Notes: generated from the sequence alone by a model not told the origin. Shown: positions 18,451 through 29,047, numbered from the stretch's first letter. The stretch is DNA of 64,000 nt from Roseobacter sp. (GCA_045104955.1 JBGCDB010000041.1:8000-71999); one strand, 5' to 3'. A program made the numbers and translations.

Positions 18451-21400
18451 TTTGCTTGCTCCCTTCCTTATCATAAAAGACCGGATCAACAATGCGCGCC
18501 TTAAAGGTCGCCCCTTCGGTGCCGGGAAATTCGATGATCTCGCCCATGCGGTCTGGGCCATTCAGCACCAGCCCCATGGCTATGCCCTTGTCCAAGGTGG
18601 GTGAATAATAGGTCGACGTCACACGCCCAATGGTAGTGCGCTGACCGTTGGCATTTTTACCCTCGCCCACTGCATAAGCCCCGTCTGGCAAGACCGAACC
18701 CGATACTGTCTCAAGGCCCACCAACTTCCAACGTTTGGGGTCGGTCATGTGGGTGCGTTCCTGTGCGCGTTTGCCCAAGAAGTCTTCTTTCTTTTTGGAA
18801 ATCGCCCAGTTGAGGCCAAGATCCTGCGGGATAACCGTGCCATCGGTTTCGTCACCAATCATGATAAAGCCTTTTTCAGCCCGCAGAATATGCAGAGCCT
18901 CTGTGCCGTAGGGCATCACGCCAAATTCGTCACCTGCAGCGATCAGTGCATCCCAAAATGCCTGACCTTGGCTCGCATCCACAGCAATTTCATAACTAAG
19001 CTCGCCCGAGAAGGAGATCCGGTAAACGCGCGCTTTAAAGCCGCCGATCTCACCATCGGCCCACTCCATAAATCCAAGTGCATCCTTGGAAACATCCATG
19101 CCGCCCAGTTTTTCCAGACATTTGCGCGCATTAGGCCCAACAACGGCAACCTGCGCGTATTGTTCGGTAACATTGGCGACATAGGTTTTCATGTCCCACC
19201 ATTCGGTTTGCAACCATTCTTCCATATGCTGATGAATGCGATCCGCGCCACCGGTGGTCGTGTGGCACAGGTAGGTGTCCTCATCAATCCGCGCGACCAC
19301 GCCATCATCAATGAGGAACCCGTTTTCCGAACACATCAAACCGTAGCGGCATTTGCCGGGTTTCAGTGTCGACATCATGTTGGTGTACATCATATCAAGA
19401 AACTTTGGCGCATCGGGGCCTTTGACGATGATTTTGCCCAAAGTGGAGGCATCCAACAAACCAAGATTTACACGCGTGTTCGCAACCTCGCGGTGGACGG
19501 CTTGTTTCACCCGTTCGCCCGGACGCACATAGGCATAGGGCCTGCGCCAGTGACCGACCGGTTCCCAATCTGCACCATTGGCGTCATGCCACTTATGCAT
19601 CGGAGTGCGCCGCAGTGGTTGAAACACCTCACCACGCGCTTCGCCACCAATAGCCCCCATAGAAATGGGTGTATAAGGCGGGCGGAACGTTGTCGTGCCC
19701 GTCTGCGGGATCGGACGATCAAGCGCGTCCGACAAGATCGCAAGACCGTTGATATTGCTCAGTTTACCTTGGTCTGTCGCCATGCCCAAAGTGGTATAGC
19801 GTTTGGCATGTTCAACAGATTCAAAGCCTTCTTGCGCTGCCAATTGGACATCAGACACTTTGACGTCGTTTTGATAATCCAGCCATGCTTTGGACCGCAG
19901 CGTGATATCCGCCTGCGCAGGCATCAGCCACACGGGGGCCATCGGGGCGTGTTCCATTTCCTCAGCTATTGGGGATTTCGTTTTGCGAATTTTATGCCCA
20001 ATGCGGCTGACTGCTTCGCGTGCCGCATCATCCGCATCGCTGAGGACATCACCCAGCATCATGTGACCATTCGCAGATCCCGCAGGAACCACAAAGGGTT
20101 GGCCCACGTCCCCTGTCGGCGCTTTGTGCACATCCGGGCGAAAGCAGGCGTGCCCTGTATCCCATATCAGCTTGCCACCGCAGTGGGACCAAAGGTGCAC
20201 CACAGGCGACCAACCGCCCGACATCGCCACGGCGTCGCAGGCGATTTCCTTGACCACCGCACCAGTACCCGCTTGGCGACAAACAGCAACCCCCGTGAGG
20301 CGCTTGCCACCTTTGGCGCTGGCAATACCATGACCAGACATGACCTCGATCCCCATGGACGCGGCCCGCTGCATTGCGGCAGAAGGCGTATCGGGTTCGC
20401 GCGCATCAAGGATGGCAGGCACCTCAAGACCCGCCTCTTTTAAGGCAAATGCGGTCAAGTAAGCGTCATCATTGTTGGTCACAACAACCGTACGCTGCCC
20501 GATGGAAACGCCAAAGTTCACCAAATAATCGCGCACTGCACCTGCAAGCAGAACGCCCGGTATATCATTGCCAGCAAAGGATAAAGGCCGCTCAATCGCG
20601 CCTGTCGCAGTAATGATCTGGCCTGCCCGAATACGCCACAAGCGGTGGCGCGGCCCCGGCGCTTCTGGCGCGTGGTCACGCAATTGCTCGTACCCCAGCA
20701 CGTAGCCGTGATCATACACACCTGCACCCATCATGCGGGTACGCAGGGTCACATTTTCCATCGCAGACAGCTCGGCCACAGTTTCATCCACGAACTTATC
20801 CACAGGCATGCCATTGATCTGGCCACCATTCACCACCGTACGGCCACCCCAAGCTGCAGTCTGTTCGATCAGCATGACCTTGGCACCAGATTTCGCCGCT
20901 GTCTTAGCCGCCTGCAGGCCAGCAATACCGCCCCCAATGATCAGCACATCACAAAAGTGGTGATAATGCTCGTAGGTGTCGCCGTCTTGCTCCTTGGGCG
21001 CTTGACCCAAGCCCGCTGACTGCCGGATGAAGGGCTCGTAGATGTATTTCCAAAACGGGCGGGGATGGATGAACATTTTATAGTAAAAGCCCGCAGGCAA
21101 AAACCGCGCAAGCTTACTGTTTACCGCACCAATGTCGAACTCAAGACTGGGCCAATGGTTTTGGCTTGTGGCCGTCAACCCGTCGAAAAGCTCTGTGGTG
21201 GTGATACGTTGATTGGGCTCGAATTGGGCGCCCTCGCCCATGTTGACCAGTCCGTTTGGCTCTTCCGCGCCAGAAGCCACCACGCCGCGCGGCCGGTGGT
21301 ATTTAAAGGACCGCCCTACCAGCATCTGATCATTGGCCAACAGCGCCGACGCAAGCGTATCGCCCGCATAGCCGCGCAGCTTCTTTCCGTTGAAGGTAAA

Positions 21401-21457
21401 CGTCAGCTCTTTGGAGGCATCCAAAAGGCGGCCGCCTGTGTTGATGCGCTTGCTCAT
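18443..21457 (-). CDS. soxA: Sarcosine oxidase alpha subunit
   Basis: 'GDTLASALLAN...RSFKYHRPRG', 'KRYTTLGMATDQGK' and a C-terminal GcvT-like domain. Confidence 0.93.
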   Translation of the reverse strand: MSKRINTGGRLLDASKELTFTFNGKKLRGYAGDTLASALLANDQMLVGRSFKYHRPRGVVASGAEEPNGLVNMGEGAQFEPNQRITTTELFDGLTATSQNHWPSLEFDIGAVNSKLARFLPAGFYYKMFIHPRPFWKYIYEPFIRQSAGLGQAPKEQDGDTYEHYHHFCDVLIIGGGIAGLQAAKTAAKSGAKVMLIEQTAAWGGRTVVNGGQINGMPVDKFVDETVAELSAMENVTLRTRMMGAGVYDHGYVLGYEQLRDHAPEAPGPRHRLWRIRAGQIITATGAIERPLSFAGNDIPGVLLAGAVRDYLVNFGVSIGQRTVVVTNNDDAYLTAFALKEAGLEVPAILDAREPDTPSAAMQRAASMGIEVMSGHGIASAKGGKRLTGVAVCRQAGTGAVVKEIACDAVAMSGGWSPVVHLWSHCGGKLIWDTGHACFRPDVHKAPTGDVGQPFVVPAGSANGHMMLGDVLSDADDAAREAVSRIGHKIRKTKSPIAEEMEHAPMAPVWLMPAQADITLRSKAWLDYQNDVKVSDVQLAAQEGFESVEHAKRYTTLGMATDQGKLSNINGLAILSDALDRPIPQTGTTTFRPPYTPISMGAIGGEARGEVFQPLRRTPMHKWHDANGADWEPVGHWRRPYAYVRPGERVKQAVHREVANTRVNLGLLDASTLGKIIVKGPDAPKFLDMMYTNMMSTLKPGKCRYGLMCSENGFLIDDGVVARIDEDTYLCHTTTGGADRIHQHMEEWLQTEWWDMKTYVANVTEQYAQVAVVGPNARKCLEKLGGMDVSKDALGFMEWADGEIGGFKARVYRISFSGELSYEIAVDASQGQAFWDALIAAGDEFGVMPYGTEALHILRAEKGFIMIGDETDGTVIPQDLGLNWAISKKKEDFLGKRAQERTHMTDPKRWKLVGLETVSGSVLPDGAYAVGEGKNANGQRTTIGRVTSTYYSPTLDKGIAMGLVLNGPDRMGEIIEFPGTEGATFKARIVDPVFYDKEGSKQNV

Positions 21458-21783
21458 GACCATGACCTCCAGGACCAACCCGGTCTCTTTTTGCTTATCT
21501 TTGCGCGTAAATCCGCAGGCGGTTCGGTGGTTTGCGCAGGATATGTGCCAAACACCTCTAGCGTTGTCGTGCACCGCGCCGCGTGAAACCACTTGCCGCA
21601 ACCATAAACATGCCGCCAGCGTTCAAAATGCACACCCTTTGGGTTTTCACGCATGAACAAGTAGTTTTCAAAATCCTCTTCCGACGAACTGGGGCCAAAG
21701 CGCGTCAGGTGCGCTTCTCCGCCGCCATGGAATTCAGTTTCTTCGGCAGTGACGCCACAAACGGGGCAAGTCAGAACGAGCAT
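21454..21783 (-). CDS. soxD: Sarcosine oxidase delta subunit
   Basis: 'CPVCG..EETEF..GGEAH' and 'ERWRH..GCGKWF' zinc motifs. Confidence 0.92.
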   Translation of the reverse strand: MLVLTCPVCGVTAEETEFHGGGEAHLTRFGPSSSEEDFENYLFMRENPKGVHFERWRHVYGCGKWFHAARCTTTLEVFGTYPAQTTEPPADLRAKISKKRPGWSWRSWS

Positions 21784-21863
21784 GTGCAGGCTCCTGTTGG
21801 GAAAGCATCGCTTTTTGGCCAAACGCGCGCTATATTGAAGTGCATAGCAAAGAAGGATGACGG

Positions 21864-22058
21864 ATGAGCAAAGAGATGATGGCTGTAATTGCCTTTGGCG
21901 CGATTGGTGCCGTGGCGGTTGTGATGTTGTTGATCGAACGCCGTGGAATTGCCGCGCGCAAGGCGGCCCGGGGTGGGCGCGAAATTGATATTAGCGACCT
22001 GATCGCCTTTGGATCTGCCGCCGGCGAAGGCAAAAAAACCCACAGCACCGATCAGTAA
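21864..22058 (+). CDS. Small membrane protein, hypothetical
   Basis: AAGGA RBS and an N-terminal TM; 64 aa. Confidence 0.5.
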   Translation: MSKEMMAVIAFGAIGAVAVVMLLIERRGIAARKAARGGREIDISDLIAFGSAAGEGKKTHSTDQ

Positions 22059-22061
22059 CCG

Positions 22062-22262
22062 ATGGAGTGGGTGACACTTTTTATTGGCATCATCGCTGCT
22101 ATAGGCGGCGGCGTCGCACTCCACGAATGGCGCAAAGGTCGGACTTTGTTGGCCCATGACTTGGGCAAACCCGGTGCACAGACCGAAGCCGACCGCACTG
22201 CGATCCGAGCCCAAAGCGAAATAGCCGGACGCATGGGCGTCAGTGAGCCGCCCTCGCATTAA
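22062..22262 (+). CDS. Small membrane protein, hypothetical
   Basis: N-terminal TM; starts 3 nt after the preceding ORF; 66 aa. Confidence 0.5.
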   Translation: MEWVTLFIGIIAAIGGGVALHEWRKGRTLLAHDLGKPGAQTEADRTAIRAQSEIAGRMGVSEPPSH

Positions 22263-22324
22263 GGACGCGGGCATCTTGTTAGCCGCGCGACCTAAACCGG
22301 CGGCAATTTTGCGATCAATAGACA

Positions 22325-23569
22325 TTAATGCGCCACCCCGGCTGCGACGCTTTCGTCGATGAACCGGCCTTCTCGAAAGCGGTCTAAGCCAAAATCATCC
22401 GTCAGCGGTCCGTGGCCTTTGTGGATCAGTTCCGCCATGGCCCATCCGGACCCCGGCGTTGCTTTGAACCCACCTGTACCCCAGCCACAATTGATAAAAA
22501 TGTTGTCGACTGGTGTTTTCGACAAGATGGGCGAACGATCACCCGTCACATCGACAATACCACCCCATTGGCGCAGCATTTTCAGACGGCTAACCATTGG
22601 AAACGTCTCTATCAATGCGCGCACGGTTTCTTCGATATGGTGAAAAGATCCGCGTTGGGTGTAGTTGTTATAGCCATCGGTGCCGCCGCCGATGACCATC
22701 TCGCCTTTGTCAGATTGGCTCATGTACCCATGAACGGTATTGGCCATCACGACCACATCCATACACGGCTTGATGGGTTCGGACACCAACGCCTGCAATG
22801 CGACAGATTCGATCGGCAACCTAAAACCTGCCAGCCCCGCCACATGGCCAGAATTCCCCGCCACGACGATCCCTAGCTTGTTGCAATCGATGGCACCTTT
22901 GGTGGTGTCCACTCCAACCACCTTGTCCCCATCGCGACGCACAGCCGTCACTTCGCATTGCTGGATCACATCCATTCCCATATCGGAACAGGCCCGCGCA
23001 TAGCCCCACGCCACCGCGTCATGACGCGCGGTACCGCCACGCGCCTGCCATAGCCCACCCAAAACAGGATAGCGTGGCCCTTTTAGGTTAATGATCGGCA
23101 CAAGCTCTTTGACACGTGTGGGGTTGATGAACTCTGTTGTGACCCCCTGCAAAGCGTTGGCATGTGCCGTGCGCTGATAGCCGCGCACCTCGTGATGGGT
23201 CTGTGCCAGCATGATCACACCGCGCGGGCTGAACATTACATTATAGTTCAAATCCTGGCTCATCGTCTCATAAAGCGAGCGTGATTTCTCATAAAGCGCG
23301 GCCGACGGGTCCTGCAGGTAGTTCGACCGGATGATCGTGGTATTACGCCCTGTGTTCCCGCCGCCAAGCCAGCCCTTTTCAATGATCGCCACGTTTTTCA
23401 CGCCAAAGCGTTTACCAAGGTAATAGGCCGTGGCCAGACCGTGCCCGCCTGCCCCGATGATGATGACATCGTATTTTGATTTCGGCTCTGGGTTACGCCA
23501 TGCCCGTTCCCAGCCAGAGTGATAGCGCACCGCTTCGCGCGCGACGGCAAAGACAGAATATCGTTTCAT
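22325..23569 (-). CDS. soxB: Sarcosine oxidase beta subunit
   Basis: 'GAGGHGLATAYYL', 'GGGNTGRNTTIIRSNY' and the C-terminal 'AAGVAH'. Confidence 0.95.
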   Translation of the reverse strand: MKRYSVFAVAREAVRYHSGWERAWRNPEPKSKYDVIIIGAGGHGLATAYYLGKRFGVKNVAIIEKGWLGGGNTGRNTTIIRSNYLQDPSAALYEKSRSLYETMSQDLNYNVMFSPRGVIMLAQTHHEVRGYQRTAHANALQGVTTEFINPTRVKELVPIINLKGPRYPVLGGLWQARGGTARHDAVAWGYARACSDMGMDVIQQCEVTAVRRDGDKVVGVDTTKGAIDCNKLGIVVAGNSGHVAGLAGFRLPIESVALQALVSEPIKPCMDVVVMANTVHGYMSQSDKGEMVIGGGTDGYNNYTQRGSFHHIEETVRALIETFPMVSRLKMLRQWGGIVDVTGDRSPILSKTPVDNIFINCGWGTGGFKATPGSGWAMAELIHKGHGPLTDDFGLDRFREGRFIDESVAAGVAH

Positions 23570-23801
23570 GGCGCAAGCCCCCAAACAAAACAAAAAACCA
23601 CAGCGGATTCGTCCCGTTGCGTTTATTTCTTCTGTTCTGCGAAACCTAGCGCAAAAAGAGGATACTCAGCGCGTCACTTTCGCAGCAGTTTGCGACACGC
23701 GACACTATTGCACGTCACTCAAGGCCAATCGTGCCGTTTTGCCCCTTTTGCGCATGCACAATGATGTTTACATCTGGCGCACCAATATGAATGGGGGATC
23801 A

Positions 23802-25043
23802 ATGGCTTTCTGGATCATTTCTGCTGGCTTAGCGGTGCTTGTTGCTTTGCTTTTAGGTTTGTCTTTGCGCGCACCGCGACGGGGCGACACCGAACCTGCC
23901 GCAGCCTATGATTTAAAGGTTTACCGCGATCAATTGCGTGACGTCGACAAAGACCTTGCCCGCGGAGTAGTGGATGCTGCGGACGCAGACCGTGTACGCG
24001 CGGAAATTTCGCGGCGCATTCTTGCAGCCGACGCAGAATTGCAAGCCGAAGTTGTCGAAGCTGACGCGCAAAAAGGCGCGCCTTTGTTGATGGGCGTCAT
24101 CTTGGGCGTGACGGTCATTGCAGGCAGTTTCTGGATGTATTGGAACATTGGTGCACCAGGCTACGGTGATTTGGCCTTGGCCGACCGCATCGAACTCGCC
24201 GAGATCGCGCGCGAAAATCGCCCCAGCCAAAAAGAAGCAGAAGACAGCCTGCCAGCCTATGTGGCCCCAGATAACATCAGCCCGGATTATGTGGCTTTGG
24301 TCGAGCGGTTGCGCGCGACGGTGGCCAACCGCCCAGATGACCTTCAAGGCCAGACGCTAATGGTCCAAAACGAAGGCAACCTGGGCAACTATGCCGCTGC
24401 CGCGCGGGCGCAGGCACAAGTAATTCGAATCAAAGCGGATGCCGCCGCCAGCGAGGATTACATCACCTACGCCGATTTGTTGGTCCTTGCTGCGGGGGGC
24501 TACGTGTCGCCCTTGGCGGAAACGGCCCTAACCCAAGCTTTGAACCGTGATCCGACAAATGGAACAGGGCGCTATTATATGGGGTTGATGTTGGCACAAA
24601 CAGGACGGCCTGACACAGCGTTCCGCTTGTGGGATCAGTTGTTGCGCGAGGGCCCCGCCGATGCCCCATGGATCGAGCCCATTCTTGCGCAGATCGACGA
24701 CATGGCGTTTCGCGCTGGTGTTAATTATCAATTGCCCGAAATCGGCCCCGGCCGCGACCCGGCGCGTGGACCGTCAACAGAAGACATCGAAGCCGCACAA
24801 GAGCTGAGCCCAAGCGAACGGATAGATATGATCCAAAGCATGGTTCAGGGTCTATCGGACCGGTTGGGCAGCGAAGGGGGACCGGTGGAAGACTGGGCAC
24901 AATTGATTACCGCTTTGGGTGTCTTGGGCCGAACAAACGCCGCGCGAACTGTGTACGATAACGCTGTTCAAGTTTTTGCCGACGACACCCGCGCATTGGA
25001 TTTGCTGTTGCGCGCAGGTCAGCGGGCGCAAGTCGCCGAATGA
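23802..25043 (+). CDS. ccmI: c-type cytochrome biogenesis protein CcmI/CycH
   Basis: 'VYRDQLRDVDKDLARG...EISRRIL', two TMs, TPRs and 'MIQSMVQGLSDRL'. Confidence 0.88.
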   Translation: MAFWIISAGLAVLVALLLGLSLRAPRRGDTEPAAAYDLKVYRDQLRDVDKDLARGVVDAADADRVRAEISRRILAADAELQAEVVEADAQKGAPLLMGVILGVTVIAGSFWMYWNIGAPGYGDLALADRIELAEIARENRPSQKEAEDSLPAYVAPDNISPDYVALVERLRATVANRPDDLQGQTLMVQNEGNLGNYAAAARAQAQVIRIKADAAASEDYITYADLLVLAAGGYVSPLAETALTQALNRDPTNGTGRYYMGLMLAQTGRPDTAFRLWDQLLREGPADAPWIEPILAQIDDMAFRAGVNYQLPEIGPGRDPARGPSTEDIEAAQELSPSERIDMIQSMVQGLSDRLGSEGGPVEDWAQLITALGVLGRTNAARTVYDNAVQVFADDTRALDLLLRAGQRAQVAE

Positions 25044-25528
25044 TATTCGAGCAGGCAGAAGACTTTATCGCAGCCCTGCCCCAAATGCAGGGGCTTGCAG
25101 GGTTGGACCTTGGCACGCAGACCATCGGCGTGGCGGTCACAGATACGTTTCTATCCGTTGCCACCCCGCTCGAGACGATCAAGCGGCGCAAATTCATGCT
25201 GGATGCAGCGCGGCTGTCTGACATCATAGCCGAACGGCGCATCGGCGGTCTGGTTCTGGGCCTGCCCCGCAACATGGACGGATCCGAGGGGCCGCGGTGC
25301 CAATCCACACGCGCTTTTGCGCGCAATCTTGAAAAAGTTGATGGACTGAACCTGCCATTGATGTATTGGGACGAACGCCTCAGCACTGTTGCTGCGGAAC
25401 GTGCGCTGCTCGAGGCGGATACGTCACGAAAACGTCGTGCAGAAGTTATTGATCACGTCGCTGCCGGGTATATCTTGCAGGGAGCATTAGACAGAATACG
25501 CGTCATTCGCGCCAGCCAAGGAAACTAA
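25040..25528 (+). CDS. ruvX: YqgF/RuvX RNase H-like nuclease
   Basis: 'GLDLGTQTIGVA', 'GLPRNMDGSEG' and 'WDERLST'. Confidence 0.92.
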   Translation: MIFEQAEDFIAALPQMQGLAGLDLGTQTIGVAVTDTFLSVATPLETIKRRKFMLDAARLSDIIAERRIGGLVLGLPRNMDGSEGPRCQSTRAFARNLEKVDGLNLPLMYWDERLSTVAAERALLEADTSRKRRAEVIDHVAAGYILQGALDRIRVIRASQGN

Positions 25529-25533
25529 GCCCC

Positions 25534-25764
25534 ATGACCGACGACATCTGGCGCCGTGAAGAAGTACAAAGCCCCTGCGTAAAAATTTGTGTAATCCACC
25601 CCGAAGCCCGGCTGTGCACGGGGTGCTTGCGGTCAATTGACGAAATTACCTTGTGGTCGCGCCTATCCAATGACGCACGCCAAGCAGTCGTGGACGACCT
25701 GCCCAACCGCCAAAACCGTATCACCAAGCGACGCGGTGGACGCGCAGCGCGGTTGGCCCGGTAA
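25534..25764 (+). CDS. DUF1289 domain protein
   Basis: 'SPCVKICVIH...CTGCLRSIDEI..W'. Confidence 0.88.
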   Translation: MTDDIWRREEVQSPCVKICVIHPEARLCTGCLRSIDEITLWSRLSNDARQAVVDDLPNRQNRITKRRGGRAARLAR

Positions 25765-26023
25765 AACTGAACACATATTCTGTGTGACATCGAAAATCTG
25801 AAATCTGGGTGTTGTCGTGTATTGAAGGCGACGCCAATGCGGTATCCAGCAGAGTTTTGTTGCCAGGTCCGGCAGTAAACCGCGCTGTTTTCGTCCAAAA
25901 ACAGTCAGATTTCCACAAATCCATAGCGGTTTGCCCCGATTTCGCCCAAAGTATGTCCAAGTTTTTTTTAAAACTCGCGAGATGAAACGACGCGGGATCG
26001 CCGCGCTCAAGAAGGACAGGTCT

Positions 26024-27124
26024 ATGTTGAAGTATTTGAAAATTGGCGTCTCGACGTTGGCGTTGTCAGCCTTTGTGCTGGCCCCCGCAGTGACAGTGAT
26101 CACGTCGGACGCTGCCTATGCGAAAAACGAAAACGGCAATAATGGCAAAGGGGGCGGCAACGGCGGCGGTAACAAAGGCGGTAATGGCAATGGTAATGGC
26201 GGCGGCAACAAAGGGGGCGGCGACGGCAAAAGTAACGGCAAAGGTTTTAGCGGTGACAAATCCGCCAAAGGCAAATCTGACAAAGCCCGCGGTCCAAACT
26301 CAACCCGTGCCACCATTCAGGGTGATCTGCAAAAATTAGGCAAAAATATCAAAAGCGGCTTTGGGCTGTTTGGAAAAAACAAGCAAACAGCAAAGGCCGC
26401 CAAACCCAAAACCTCTAATGCCTCGAAACAGGTTGCCGCACGGACCAAAGGGCCGATGCATCCCAGCAACCTTGGCAAATTAAACGGTGCAATTAACTCC
26501 AGCCCGAACGCAAAAGCAGCGCATATCGCAAACGGGAACTTTAATGGCCCCGTAGGTCTTGCGGCAGCCTTAGCGTTGGAAGACTTCAACTTTGATTTGG
26601 CAACCGATGCCTTTGTCAGCGCCGAAGAAACGCTGGCAATCGCCACATCCCTAGAAGAAGCAAACGCGATCTTGTCGACTGAAGCACCGAGCGAAGAAGC
26701 CGTGGCTGATGCGCAAGACTTTTTGGACAATGTTCCAACTGACGCAACTGAAGCAGACATCGCCGCGGCCGAAGCTGTCCTAGGCGACGCGGCCGCCCGC
26801 GCTGAAGCACAAAGCCTTGTCGACAGCGTTGAGGCCCCCAGCGAAGAAGCCGTGGCCGATGCGCAAGCAACCGTCGATGCAGGCCCACCTAACGAAGAAG
26901 GCGTGGTCGCAGCCGAGCAAGCCATCTTGGCGGAATACAAAGGCACGCTGGCTGAGGAAAACCAAGACCAAGTGCTGGATGCGGTGCGTGACGCAAATCC
27001 AGACGCCGACGCAATCGAAGCAGCGATCGCCAAAGGGGCCGATCCGATCAGTGACGAAAACGATGATGTGGAAGACACTGACCAAGCCATGGCCGACGAC
27101 GCCGTAGCTGCCGACCAAGGGTAA
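26024..27124 (+). CDS. Secreted low-complexity protein (Gly/Asn/Lys-rich N-part, acidic Ala/Glu/Asp C-part)
   Basis: AAGGA RBS, signal peptide ending AYA, GN/GK repeats and an internal repeat EAPSEEAVADAQ x2. Confidence 0.75.
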   Translation: MLKYLKIGVSTLALSAFVLAPAVTVITSDAAYAKNENGNNGKGGGNGGGNKGGNGNGNGGGNKGGGDGKSNGKGFSGDKSAKGKSDKARGPNSTRATIQGDLQKLGKNIKSGFGLFGKNKQTAKAAKPKTSNASKQVAARTKGPMHPSNLGKLNGAINSSPNAKAAHIANGNFNGPVGLAAALALEDFNFDLATDAFVSAEETLAIATSLEEANAILSTEAPSEEAVADAQDFLDNVPTDATEADIAAAEAVLGDAAARAEAQSLVDSVEAPSEEAVADAQATVDAGPPNEEGVVAAEQAILAEYKGTLAEENQDQVLDAVRDANPDADAIEAAIAKGADPISDENDDVEDTDQAMADDAVAADQG

Positions 27125-27142
27125 CTTTTTTCGCAAAAAAAT

Positions 27143-27175
27143 GTAAAAGGGCGTCTATTGCAGGCGCTCTTTTAC
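27143..27175. terminator. Bidirectional rho-independent terminator
   Basis: GTAAAAGGGCGTCT-ATTGC-AGGCGCTCTTTTAC hairpin between convergent genes. Confidence 0.7.
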
Positions 27176-27185
27176 CGTCTTGGCG

Positions 27186-28091
27186 TTAGTGTGCCTGTAG
27201 TTTACGTGCCTCTTCACCGGCGAGTTTCAGCAGGTTTTTCATGAAAGGTTTGTCCATGTCGTCGCTGCGCACGGCGGCATAAAGCCTGCGTGTTATCCCA
27301 TTTTTAGTTAAAGGGCGCGTGATGTAGTCAGACGAATATTTGACCTCTCGCACAACCCAATCGGGCAACACGGCAACGCCTCTGTTTGACGCAACAAGCA
27401 GCAAGATCACGGCTGTCAGCTCAACTTGGCGGATCGAAGCAGGTTCCACCTTTGCCGGGATCAGCAGCTGGCTAAAGATATCCAGACGCGACCGTTCCAC
27501 CGGATAGGTGATCAAGGTCTGCCCCCGAAAATCGCCCGCATCTACGTAAGGTTTTTGCGCCAGAGGATGGGCGCTTGCTGCCACAAAAACCGGCGCATAA
27601 TCAAAGAGTTCCACGAATGTGACACCGGGCAGCTCTTCTGGATCAGAGGAGACGACCAGATCAACCTCTTCTTTCAAAAGCGCAGGCAGTGCGTCAAACG
27701 CCAACCCGGGCCGGATGTCCACATCAACCTCCGGCCAGCTCTTGCGGAATTGTTCGAGCACAGGGAACAACCATTCAAAACAAGCGTGGCATTCGATGGC
27801 GATATGCATCCGCCCTGTGCTGCCCGCGCGCAAACCCGTGAATTCATCCTGCAAGGCTTGCACTTGCGGCAACACCTGTTGGGCGAGCTTCAACAACCGC
27901 ATTCCCGCAGGTGACAGTTTCAGCGGCTTTGAGCGGCGCACGAATAATTCGACCCCCGCTTGATCCTCTAACCCTTTGATCTGATGGCTCAGTGCAGACT
28001 GTGTGATGTGGAGCTGATCTGCCGCACGGGCAAGGCCACCGGCCTCATGGATCGCTTGGATCGTGCGCAGGTGGCGAAACTCAATATGCAT
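27186..28091 (-). CDS. metR: LysR family regulator MetR
   Basis: LysR HTH 'HITQSALSHQIK' and the MetR-specific 'IECHACFEWL'; divergent from metF. Confidence 0.92.
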   Translation of the reverse strand: MHIEFRHLRTIQAIHEAGGLARAADQLHITQSALSHQIKGLEDQAGVELFVRRSKPLKLSPAGMRLLKLAQQVLPQVQALQDEFTGLRAGSTGRMHIAIECHACFEWLFPVLEQFRKSWPEVDVDIRPGLAFDALPALLKEEVDLVVSSDPEELPGVTFVELFDYAPVFVAASAHPLAQKPYVDAGDFRGQTLITYPVERSRLDIFSQLLIPAKVEPASIRQVELTAVILLLVASNRGVAVLPDWVVREVKYSSDYITRPLTKNGITRRLYAAVRSDDMDKPFMKNLLKLAGEEARKLQAH

Positions 28092-28177
28092 ATCGAACTC
28101 ATGTTAAAGATGAAAGTTATGAATTTGTCTCACTTTTCGATATGTGGCACAAGATGCCAAATCATTGAGGACCCCGC

Positions 28178-29047
28178 ATGGCTGCTCCATCCGTTTCTTT
28201 CGAAGTCTTTCCACCCCGCTCGATCAAAGCATCGTTTAATCTGTGGGACACTGCCCAAGCTCTCGCCCCGTTGGAGCCGCGCTTTTTCTCCGTTACCTAT
28301 GGTGCGGGCGGCTCAACGCGCGACCTGACCCATGACGCGGCTTATACATTGCGCAAAAACTCAGGCCTGCCGGTTGCGGCGCACCTGACCTGCGTAGGCG
28401 CCTCCAAATCCGAAACAATGGCTGTAGCCCAGCGTTTTGCTGCAGCGGGCATTACAGACATTGTGGCCCTGCGCGGCGACGCCCCCGAAGGCAGCACCGC
28501 GTTCACGCCTCACCCAAATGGGTTTGAGCATGCCGTTGAATTGATTGAGGCTTTGGCAAATACAGGTCAATTCAATTTGCGCGTCGGCGCATACCCTGAA
28601 AAACACCCAGAAGCGGTCAACCAACACGCGAATATCGATTGGTTGAAAGCAAAGATTGATGCTGGCGCATCCGAGGCGATCACACAGTTCTTTTTCGAGG
28701 CGGACACCTTCCTGAGGTTCCGTGATGACTGCGCCAAAGCTGGCATTACTGCGCCGATCACACCTGGCATCCTCCCCATCACCAATTGGAAAAATGCACG
28801 GAAATTTGCCGTTCGCTGCGGCACCTCCATCCCGCTGTGGCTGGATCAAGCCTTTGATGCGGCGATCCGTGACGACCGTCAAGACCTATTGGCCCGCGCC
28901 ATTTGTACTGAGATGTGTTCCGAACTGGTCGACGAGGGCGTCGATAGCTTGCATTTCTATACGTTGAACCGCCCCGAACTCACCCGCGAAATCTGTCATG
29001 CTCTTGGTGTTACGCAAGCGACCACAGGGGTGCGTAACGTGGCGTAG
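28178..29047 (+). CDS. metF: 5,10-methylenetetrahydrofolate reductase
   Basis: 'SFEVFPP', 'SVTYGAGGS', 'ALRGD', 'ITQFFF' and 'HFYTLNR'. Confidence 0.95.
   Translation: MAAPSVSFEVFPPRSIKASFNLWDTAQALAPLEPRFFSVTYGAGGSTRDLTHDAAYTLRKNSGLPVAAHLTCVGASKSETMAVAQRFAAAGITDIVALRGDAPEGSTAFTPHPNGFEHAVELIEALANTGQFNLRVGAYPEKHPEAVNQHANIDWLKAKIDAGASEAITQFFFEADTFLRFRDDCAKAGITAPITPGILPITNWKNARKFAVRCGTSIPLWLDQAFDAAIRDDRQDLLARAICTEMCSELVDEGVDSLHFYTLNRPELTREICHALGVTQATTGVRNVA

Noticed and set aside
18749-20443. 564-aa + strand ORF, and other long antisense ORFs (e.g. 5884-6843, 36448-37338, 26317-27090)
   Set aside because: These are shadow frames opposite well-supported genes in GC-rich DNA and have no recognisable motifs.
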